Position numbers and translations under genes: made by a program. Shown here piece by piece: positions 54,652-64,000 of a stretch of 64,000 bases of DNA. The notes under the pieces were generated by a model. The model was given only the letters and a program-made list of their open reading frames with translations, searched no databases and had not been told where the DNA came from. How positions within the stretch are numbered: the stretch's first letter is position 1; every line of letters begins with the position of its first letter. The stretch covers positions 42,388 through 106,387 of the forward strand of contig CAWGVG010000028.1 of NCBI GenBank assembly GCA_963825865.1, in the 5' to 3' direction. The stretch is from an uncultured Nitrososphaeraceae archaeon. GTDB lineage: Archaea; Thermoproteota; Nitrososphaeria; Nitrososphaerales; Nitrososphaeraceae.

Positions 54652-55683
54652 ACGGATTATTCACAAGGTTGTGAGGGCAATATAGGTAATAGTCAAGCAA
54701 AAGCATGCATTATAACTAATGAAGAAATAACGCAGCCACCAACACCAGCCCCTATTCCTTCAAAGCCAATTATAAAAACGATTACCGGATTTAATGCACC
54801 ATATGGAATCATAACCATTCCTGATAATGGTTTTGTGTATGCGAGTAATTACGGTCAATTCAACACAACGGGTACTGTCACAGTAATAAACAGCTCTACT
54901 AACTTCATAACAGATTCTGTGGATGTAGACAAAAATCCTCAAGCTATTGCATATGATTCAGCAAATGGCTTTGTATATACAGCCAACCTTTTGTCTAATA
55001 ATATATCGGTAATAAATGCATCCAATAATGCAGTTGTTGATACGATACCTATTGGCAATTCTCCAGGCGGTAGTTTCGAAGGTATGGCGATTAATCCTAC
55101 GAATAATACTATTTACGTTGCAAATAGCGGCTCAAATACAATATCAGTAATAAATGGCACAACTAATACTGTCGTTAAAGATCTTCTAGGTTTCCACACT
55201 CCATCTGGTATTGCATATAATACGGATAATGAAGCTCTATATGTAACGAATAGAGGATCAAATACTGTTTCTGTTATTAATGGTTCAACAAATAATTTGC
55301 TAAGAATAATTCCTGTAGGTGCTGCGCCAACAGGAACTATCTATAATGCTGCAAATGGATATATTTACGTTGCAAATAGCGGTTCAAATACAATATCAGT
55401 AATAAATGGCACAACTAATACTGTCGTAGCAACAGTTCATGTCGGAACAGGTCCTAATGGAATTACATACAATTCTAATAATGGTGAGATATACACAGCA
55501 AATTCTATCTCTGGTACAATTTCTGTTATAGATGGTTTGTCTAACACTGTCTCTCAAACAATAAGTCTTGCAACAAGTCCTAATGCAATAACATACAATT
55601 CTAGTGATGACAGCATTTATGTAACAAATATGGGTTCAGATACCGTTTCTGCAATCAGTAATATTAGCAGCAGCAGCAAATAA
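54637..55683 (+). CDS. YVTN/YncE beta-propeller protein, probably 5'-truncated
   Basis: Seven YVxN...T(I/V)SVI repeats; no signal peptide; starts mid-domain (GY...SQGCEG...CIITN). Confidence 0.88.
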   Translation: MSGYTTDYSQGCEGNIGNSQAKACIITNEEITQPPTPAPIPSKPIIKTITGFNAPYGIITIPDNGFVYASNYGQFNTTGTVTVINSSTNFITDSVDVDKNPQAIAYDSANGFVYTANLLSNNISVINASNNAVVDTIPIGNSPGGSFEGMAINPTNNTIYVANSGSNTISVINGTTNTVVKDLLGFHTPSGIAYNTDNEALYVTNRGSNTVSVINGSTNNLLRIIPVGAAPTGTIYNAANGYIYVANSGSNTISVINGTTNTVVATVHVGTGPNGITYNSNNGEIYTANSISGTISVIDGLSNTVSQTISLATSPNAITYNSSDDSIYVTNMGSDTVSAISNISSSSK

Positions 55684-55739
55684 GAATCATAAATAAAATA
55701 GAGAAAGCTTAAATCAATCTCCCTTACTTTGCAGAATAA

Positions 55740-56200
55740 GAACATGAGACATGCGTGACATCTAAATGTGAATGTTCCAGCCTTGTCATCTACAAAATCT
55801 AGCGTTTGTTGGGTGATTGTATTCTTCTATGCCAAAGCCATGTCCGTTGTATAGTTCGACTTCATCTTGTGCTGTGGTGAACAATAATCTTACTAGATCA
55901 CCTTTGTTAACTTCAATAGTACCCGGAGTGAACTTCCACGATTGAACCTTTACTGGAATTACTTTTACGTGAGCACCCTTTGATAAGACAGCAGAAGCTG
56001 GTTGAATGCATGACTGGAAGACTTACCTCCTTGATCACCTTTGGTTCAATTATAAAGTTAGGAGAGCCCGTCTGCTGACCAAATATTACATCAACATTAT
56101 AAACTCCTGCTGATGGAAAATTGTATTCAAACTACACACTTTGACAACTACTCTGATAGACTTATCTATACCAGTTAACAAAAGTTCGCTAACAACTATC
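55740..56200 (-). pseudogene. cupredoxin-domain protein remnant
   Basis: SWKFTPGTIEVNKGDLVRL...GHGFGIE...DKAGTFTFRC with deletions; boundaries approximate. Confidence 0.65.
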
Positions 56201-56258
56201 GACGTATTTCAACTCAAAATATTAGCAAAGTGTTAGCGAATTAATGTTAATTGGTATA

Positions 56259-56561
56259 ATTTGTTTCAATAACGTCATTATGTCATCCATGAGTTGCTGA
56301 GGACATTGTATTACGCTCTTGAAACTAGTATATACTAGTGATCGTAAGGCGCAGCTTGACAGAAAATGGTGGCAATATCGATATACAAAAATACGAAAAG
56401 AAGGATCGCTTATAATAATAGACTCTGTAAAAGCATACTTTGGTCTTGGTAACGACACAGATCTGGATAAATTTATTCAGAATCAGGTAAAAAGAGCACA
56501 AAATCTTGGTAAGAATGGAGTTTCTGTAATCACCGATGTAGGATCATTCCTGTGTATATAA
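56259..56561 (+). pseudogene. MEDS-like sensory domain fragment
   Basis: KEGSLIIIDSVKAYF...LGKNGVSVITDVGSF. Confidence 0.55.
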
Positions 56562-56814
56562 TCAAAACAACTTTGATGAGGCCACAGAACAGAAGAAGCA
56601 AGCGTTGCTTTCACATCATAGCAAAAGTTTCATAGTTACTACTAATCTGACTACATAAGTAAAATAATCTGGTTAACAACACAATAGTAACCTTTATGAC
56701 TATACCTACTATATGACTCATTGTTTCGCTGGGGAATAAAAAGGAGAATGTAAGAGCACCTTTTACAAATAACGAGTCAGATTGACACGAACCTATTTCT
56801 ATTGAATTCATCTA

Positions 56815-57512
56815 TCTACTGTAAGATGATCTTTCAATACCATCATAACCCTCTTTACTTATTCCATGAACTACTTTTGCAAATTTTGAAAGGTAATAAT
56901 CGATAGATATGCCGTATGCTCCGAGCTGTTCTTTCAGGTCTGAATACGATTTCAGCTCGACTGTAGTCATATTCTCTTCACTTAAAGCAGAGGTATGGCG
57001 AGGCTGCCATATTTGATTTTTCCTCCTTCAGGATTTTGATTTGATCCTTTAACTTTTGGATTTCTCCCTCTAATTTCATTTTCTCATCTGCCTTTTGCTG
57101 AATGTATTCCGATATCTGAGCCAACGGTAGACTCTTTGAAAACTGAATCAAGTTTGTCAAGTAAGAAGCAATGCTTTCTGGTGTTAGCCCCAGGTTGTTG
57201 CAACGCTTGTAAATATCAGACATAAATGATTCAAAACGCTATCCTCTGTTACTCCCAATCTATTCATAATCATTAGCTTTAAAACCATCAGCGCATTGAG
57301 GAGCGGATATACTAATTTTCTTTCAACCTAACAACCCGTCTCCCTTAATTCGTCTGCTCCAGAAAGACCTAGGGCTTGTCTCCATTCGTTGACTATGTTT
57401 GTCACAGCTCCAGCACTAAGGCCACTATCACCTGCGATTTTATCTCTTTTGCACCAGCGATCCACTGTTGTATCACTAGTGACCTAAGATTATCAGGAAG
57501 TTTGAAAGGCAT
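56815..57512 (-). pseudogene. degraded HTH plus coiled-coil protein
   Basis: MPFKLPDNLRSLVIQQW...RDKIA...LSAGAVTNIVNEW...DELR, then coiled-coil pieces with frameshifts. Confidence 0.6.
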
Positions 57513-57994
57513 TATATTATATAATTATAGAACTAGCATCTATTAAAATTTCCGTCAAATGCGTCGTCAAACAAGTCATATTGGGCGACTGTGCTTATCT
57601 GTTCTTTTTTTAGACCTCATGTAAACTTATAAAAATTCGACTAAAGGCTGGTCGGGCTTTTTATCCACAACTAAACCGCTTACTCCTCCAAATTAACCGT
57701 AGGTCCGAATCCGGTGGGAATGCGAACCAAAATTGACTCATTTTTGCCACCCATGTCGACTTCTCCGATTGAGACTCCATAGGTTAATCAGAATGCTACT
57801 ATCTATCTATAGGTAATAAATTTCGGATTTATCTAGGGATTAGATTCCTACATGTAATCGGGGTTCTATTGACTAACTTTAAGGTTATCTGCGAAGTACT
57901 CGACTTCTAGCAAAAGAAATCAAAAAAAATAGTAAGAATCTCTTGCGTAATTAGGGAAAACTATAGTCTAACACCCTACTTGTTTTAGCCGTCT

Positions 57995-58969
57995 TCTTAG
58001 ATTGAAATGCTGTCAGACTGTATAACTCTGAAGTTCAGGAGACCTGGATATTATATCATATATGTTATTGTAACTTCCTTAATCTGTTTCTAAATTTATT
58101 ACCCATTATTCCAAACTTTTTGATCTTACATATGGTATGTTCTACTATGATCCTTAGCCTAGAATGATTCTTGTTGTAAGTTCTTTCATCACATGAAAGC
58201 AATGTACCCTTTTTCAGTTTGATACCAAGTACAAAATTTACAGTGGGAAAGTCCTTTTCAATGCCAAGATAACCAAGTATCAACTATGTTTTCAACTTGT
58301 GATGGAGTTATAGAATGATTGTGTTTGTAAATGTCATAATCATGTTTTCTTCCACTTCTGTGACCTGTCTTATGCAGTATCAATCCTTCATGGTTTACCA
58401 TCAATTGTGTCTTGACAGTATGTTTCTTCTTTCTACCTGAATAGTAACTCTTCCTTCTTCTTTTGTTCTTAGGTCTTGGAATTTCTTGTTCTGTAGAGTC
58501 TATGAAAGCCTTGAATCCAGGAAGGTACTCTTCTACTTCATCTATAGTTCTTAATCTCCTATTAATGTTTGTATATCTTCTTTGGCAATGGAATACACTC
58601 CTTGATAAGTGGTTCCATCATTGATATATCTCTACAAACATTGCTTTGATCAGAAGGTCAAACAGAAATCCTGATAATGTATATGTAATGTATAATCTGT
58701 AGTATACTAGAAGCATAACGAATCTTTCTTTAACTTTAAGTCTAAACTTAAGTCTACCAGCACCTATATCCCGTATTCTCGTCCTTGATAGAAGACGTCT
58801 TCTTTCGTGCTCCGTAGTTATGTTCAATTTCGTTACAAATGGATTCAATTTGGGATACAGTTACTCCTGTAAATGACCTGAATATCAAAGGTTTCTTACA
58901 TAATTTGCTATAGGACATCAAAAAAGTCTGTCAGATAGATATCCTATGTGAAGAGGAATATAGTCTCTA
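57995..58969 (-). mobile_element. degraded IS5-family (ISL2-like) element
   Basis: GAGR...LVYYRLY, FIDSTEQEIPRP, YSGRKKKHTVKTQ, HD, LGYLG, RIIVEHTI; ends approximate. Confidence 0.8.
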
Positions 58970-59067
58970 ATCTTTTAATTACACAAGAGATTCCTTAGTA
59001 TAAAAGAATTAGAATATGGATATGGCTAAGAATTAGAATATAGTCTTTAATCAAATAGTGAGAGGGT

Positions 59068-60569
59068 TCAGGACCCAAGGTATTTAGTTTCTATGTAGGT
59101 CACAAAGTAATCGGGGTTATAGCCTTCATTGAAGGTATTATTAAGAAGCACTTTGGGGGCATAGACAATATCCGATGCTGATGTATTTTTAATCTTAACC
59201 ATTCTCTGATAGGCTTGAAATTACCCCTCTTGATGTCTTCCTCGTAACCCTCCAGGTCTTTGCGCATCTTTGAAGCAATGATTGCTGAAACCAAGTTTCC
59301 CAAAGTGTAAGTTGGGAAATAGCCAAAGAGGCCACTGCTCCAATGAGTATCTTGAAGCACTCCCTGTGAATCCTTAGTTGGTCTCACTCCAAGCAGTTGC
59401 TCCATTCTATCGTTCCAGAATTCAGGAATTTCAGAGACGCGGAAGCCTCATCTCCAAATATTTTTTTCTTCTTATCTCATATCTTATTGCTATATGGAGA
59501 TTGTATGTAACTTCGTCGGCGTCAACTCGTATATAATCAGCCTTGACGTTATTGAAATACAGGTAAAACTCATCATCTGTTGCTTGGTTTGCGAAACTTA
59601 CTTGCTTTCTAATCAAGGGAGTGATCAATTGAACAAAAGGCAGGCTTCTGCCCACAATATTCTCCCAGAACCTTGACTGAGATTCATGGAGCGCAAGCGA
59701 AAGTCCGCCTTCAAGAGGAGTAACAGACAATGACTGATCGCATTGCAGATTATACAAGGCATGACCAGCTTCATGAAATAGGACGAGATATCGACTTTTT
59801 GAAATCGGTCCCTTCATACCGAGTAGTTATTCTTATGTTGTTGAGGCCCATAGCCTCAGTGAAAGGATGAGTAGATACATCCATTCTGAAACGTTCCATG
59901 TCGTATTGCAAGAGAGTCAAAATGTCATGATTGAGCTCGTCAACTTTTTGCAAATCATACTTTGATTTTCCAAGTTTGCTCTCTTCTGCAAAACTGCTGC
60001 GAAATCTACGAGTTTTTTCAGAATCTTCTGAATACGCGGAGTCAACGCACCGAATACTTTATCCAAATCATCTACTGTATTTTCTTCGAACTTATCCAAA
60101 AGCGCATCATACGGATGCTTTTCATAACCTATCTTCTTAGCGATTTGCTTCTTTATTTCTATCATTTTCTTCAAGTGGGGTGCATACATCATGAAAACAG
60201 ATTTTTTCTCTCGCCTCCCTCCATGCCACGTTGCCCCTTATTCTTTCCAGAGATTCTGCTTCAGTCAACTCTTTGGTATCTCGATCTGCTCGGTGATTTC
60301 CCTGTTGAGGACCTTGTACAATGCCCTTCTCTAAATTGCTAGGGCTCACCAGTTTCTTCGCTGACCAACAAGACCAACAAAATCTTTGTTTAGCAGAAAT
60401 CCTTATGAGCATGTGAAGTTGAGAATCGGCCACTCCTCTTTCTTCCGTGCCTTTCCTAGGCATATAAGTCTCAAAGTCCAAATCTATTAGAGAAATGGCA
60501 CCATTTAGCGACTACATTGGTTTGTAGGCATTTAGGATCTGATTTATTACAGTGCTTCTCGCATCTCAT
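59068..60569 (-). CDS. M32 carboxypeptidase (Taq-like), multiple frameshifts
   Basis: HPF, RITTRY, HEAGH (HExxH), HESQS, IRVDAD, GVLQDTHW, GYFPTY. Confidence 0.88.
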
Positions 60570-61369
60570 GTCGTCACACTTTTTATGAACTCAATCACAT
60601 CGGTCTATTAATCATTGCTAGCCAGATTTTTATCTCCCATACGGCAAAACACAAAGAGTCGGTCGATTTTTTTGTTGAAAAACTTAATGAACAAGTGTTA
60701 AACCTATTCGCATGGAATATGAAAAATTGTCAAGAAATGGTAACACTGATTGTAGGTGGATAAAAGACAAATTCAGAAATCTAGGGCTCTTTTTCTTATA
60801 TTAGCAAAGAATATAGTTAAAAAGGAATATACCCAGAATTGGGTTGCCTTTAAATAGGAGTAGCTTCGACATGCTATCCTCCGATACCTGTTTTTGTATT
60901 CAAGGAAGAAAATATTGATTTTCCGTACCTTATCTTAATCATTATTTTTACCAACCGTTGTCAAATACAGCTCGTTCATTCTGAAAAGACCTATCGTTAG
61001 TTTTTCGAAACGTGCATCCGCTAAAAAAAGTTACCAAAGATATTTGCGACAAGGCTTTAATGAAATTAAACGAAACGCTACAGACAGAATAAGGCGATAT
61101 AGCAAGACACAGACATACTTGATGGCGAAGATAGAACTGGAATAGTTGAATCTAGAGAAGGAATGTAATGATAACAATGAGTGCAGAACATTATAGTAAT
61201 CAAAATAATCAAAACCACACTATATTATGGAAGGATGAAACTTAAAACCGGTATTATTCATAGGCGAGTTTGCAGCACCTTGGCTCGGTGTGACCAAAAT
61301 AAGTATAACCTTTCGGTTTATTATTATTCATATACTCATTAATTCGCCTCATAGAATCAAATCATCTAT

Positions 61370-63528
61370 ATAGAGAAATCTAATTTTGGTGAAAAAGATG
61401 TGGAAATTTTAGAGAAATATAACAAAAAAAGAGACTTTACAAAGACACCTGAACCAGTAGGAAGGAGGGATACGAGGAGTATAATAATACTATTACTACT
61501 ACAACCAATAAAGTAGGTAAAGAACTTAGATTTGTGGTGCAGAAAAATGAGGCAACAAAATTGCACTACGATTTTAGATTAGAGACAAAAAAGGAAAGGT
61601 ATTAAAATCTTGGGCAATACCCAAAGGTGTTTCGCTGGATCCAAAAGTAAAGAGGCTAGCAGTATTAACTGAAGATCATCCTTTAGATTATTTGCTTTTT
61701 GAATGGATAATTCCTGAAGGAAGTTATGGAGCAGGAACTGTGATTGTTTGGGATACAGGAACATATACTTCAGAACAAGAAATTTCCGACCAATTTAAAA
61801 ATGGCAAAATTACGTTTATCCTATTTGGCCAGAAATTAAAAGGAAGATTTTCGTTATTAAAAACAGCAAGAGAAAATCAATGGCTTTTGATTAAAGGAAA
61901 TGATGAACAGAGTTTGCATCTACTAAAGATGATTTAACTATCACACGACCTGAGTCAGTTCTAACTGGAAGAACTAATCAAGACTTGGAAAATGGCAAAG
62001 GAGATAAAGCAAAGTCAAGCAAGAATAAGATCGCCATTAGAGACTCTAAAAGCAAACACCACGATGCTAATATTAATGACGACAACTACAAAAGAAAAGA
62101 TAAATCTGCAATAATTTCAACAGGAGTCAATCTAAAAGAAAAAGGACTCGGTGTTAATGAAGAATTTACAACAAAAATAAAACCAATGTTAGCCACAGCG
62201 GACACTTAGCTGTTCAATGACAAAGACTGGGTTTTTGAAGTAAAATGGGATGGAGGACCATTCTATGTTCTTTTTACACAAGACAAAAGCAATATTTGAA
62301 ATAAAATCTAGAAGTGACAAAACCATTACACACCGATATCCAGAACTAATAGAGCCACTAAACTCCGCAATAAAATGCAAAGAGTCAATCATACTAGACG
62401 GAGAGATTGTAGTATTGGATAAAGTCGGCATGCCCAGTTTTCAGAGCCATCAGAGGAGAATGAATGTAGATTATAAAGCAGATATTGGGAAGTTGAAAAG
62501 TCTGGGGAAATACCTGCAACATATTACATTTTTGACATTCTTTATTTGGATGGGAAAAACTTGCAGAATTTAGACTTTATTCAAAGAAGGGGTATCCTTT
62601 CCAAGGTTATAAATAAAAGCAACAAATTACAAATTTCAGAATTCTTTGAAGAAAGAGGTAAAGAGATCTTTGATAATGTCAAAACCATGAATTTAGAAGG
62701 AATAGTGGCAAAAAACAAATCTAGTAGATACATGAAAATTAGAGATTAGGAGATTGGCTAAAAATTAAGACTATAAAAACTCAAGATTGCGCAGTAATAG
62801 GATATACAAAGGGAGAGGGAAACAGAGAAAATTACTTTGGTTCTCTTCTCCTAGCGGTGTATTATGGTAACAAATTAAGGTTTGTTGGTCATACTGGAAG
62901 TGGATTTGACTTTGCCCAGTCTCAATGAAGTATACAATAAACTTCAACAGATGAACAGAGAAAATATGTCCTGTTGATGATATACCATACACTAATCTAG
63001 TGCCTCTGTTTGGATTGAACCTAAACTTGTAGCAAAAAGGTAAAGTTCAGTGACTGGACACAGGAAAAAATTATGAGAGTCCCTATATTTCTTGGATTCG
63101 GGGAAGATAAAAAGCCAGAAGAATGTGTTCTTGAAGAAGAAAAGAGCACCGAAGAATTGATTTCAAATGGTGATGAAAACAGTAGTGATGAGAACGACCC
63201 ACTACCTACGAAGCTTCTGAAATATCTACATCTAACGGTCCGAGGACGACTATTACACCGTCATCTTTCTTCTTTTTCTCACCTTGATAAGGTATTCTGG
63301 GATAAAAGTGAAAACCATCTACAACTGACCAAAAAGGATTTGATTGAATACTACAACAAAATTAGCGAATATCTTCTGCCTTATCTTAAAGATAGACCGT
63401 TATCTTTGAGCAGGTATCCTGATAGAATTGAAGGAAAGTATTTTTATCATAAGAATTGGAATAAGGAAAAACCCGATTTGGTACAAACTGTAAAGGTGCA
63501 TTCCAAATCTAAAGATGGTATCATTAAC
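61370..63528 (+). pseudogene. ligD: NHEJ ligase D (PE-LIG-POL order), frameshifted and interrupted by IS481
   Basis: YNKKRDFTKTPEP, LHYDFRL, SWAIPKG, EDHP, YGAGTVIVWD (PE); EVKWDG, LDGEIV, EGIVAK (LIG); DKVFW, TKKDLIEYY, DRPL..RYP (POL); start approximate. Confidence 0.88.
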
Positions 63529-64000
63529 TGTTTATGACAAACATAGGTAACAATATAGGTCTACAGACATAGGTAACACTTCTGCTAGGAAGTGGAAATC
63601 TCTATAGAAATTAGAACAAAATTCAATCTCATTCATGAACATGAATGGACTGGTAATAGTATTAGCGATATTTGCAATAAATACGAAATATTGTAGGAAG
63701 ACATATTACAAGTGGAAAAATAGATACATAGAGCACGGAATAGACGGGTTGAAAGACCTATCTAGAAGGCCTCATAGCATCAAAACCAAAGTATCTAAAC
63801 AAATAGAAGAAACAATACTTGATTTAAGATTAAAGACCTTTGTTACTAGTAGAATCAGGTTCAGATTAAAAAGACTTGGAGTATCATTGAGCAGTAGAAC
63901 CATATACAAGACATTGAAAAAACATACTCTCAACGTTCTAAACTGTAAGGTAAAGAATAATAGAAAGATAAGCGATTTGCAATGAAACATCCAAATGACA
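63529..64000 (+). mobile_element. IS481-family element (left end), runs off the window
   Basis: Starts TGT exactly where ligD similarity stops; CATAGGTAACA at 63542 and 63568; RKTYYKW..RY..HGIDGLKDLSRRPHS, LSSRTIYKTL. Confidence 0.8.

Noticed and set aside
57600-57960. Possible structured ncRNA in a moderately GC-rich intergenic stretch
   Set aside because: No convincing long stems or known RNA motif found by eye; an Rfam cmscan would be needed
58950-59050. Short repeats AAGAATTAGAATAT (59004, 59028) and GAATATAGTCT as an array
   Set aside because: Only two copies each, next to an IS end; best explained as end remnants or slippage
1-64000. CRISPR array or tRNA-anchored integrated element
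   Set aside because: No regularly spaced repeat-spacer array; no duplicated 3' end of either tRNA and no intact integrase seen by eye

Overview
AT-rich archaeal chromosome segment, most likely from a soil ammonia-oxidising archaeon (Nitrososphaeraceae). This is inferred from two TFB paralogues, GINS, Dph5-DUF357, the LysW-dependent Lys/Arg operon, an intron-containing tRNA and lineage-typical small proteins. The left part (1-35 kb) is mostly core genes: folE-queE-queC, tRNA-Val, glnA, gins15, dCMP deaminase, PAC2, SSB, tRNA-Leu, a TFB / Ser-Thr phosphatase / 2x wHTH / GvpD(KaiC-like) ATPase block, dph5, an argG-to-lysK operon with two LysW carriers and two ATP-grasp ligases, and two divergent regulators. 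The right part (35-64 kb) is accessory: stress genes (DpsL, Hsp20, LtrA, a hydrophilin-like peptide), NHEJ remnants (Ku 5' fragment, PE-LIG-POL ligD interrupted by IS481), four IS elements and many short gene fragments. Two more IS are nested at 16-18 kb. Core genes such as glnA, queC, lysS, lysZ and dph5 carry single-base frameshifts, which points to uncorrected long-read indels, so frameshifts alone are not treated as pseudogenisation. I found no CRISPR array, rRNA or clear defence system. No new system is proven. The best candidates are the KaiC-like/phosphatase/wHTH/TFB block, the ACT plus B12-fold regulator pair facing the dual-carrier Lys/Arg operon, and the NHEJ/stress region with its gene fragments. 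All assignments are by eye, without database searches.
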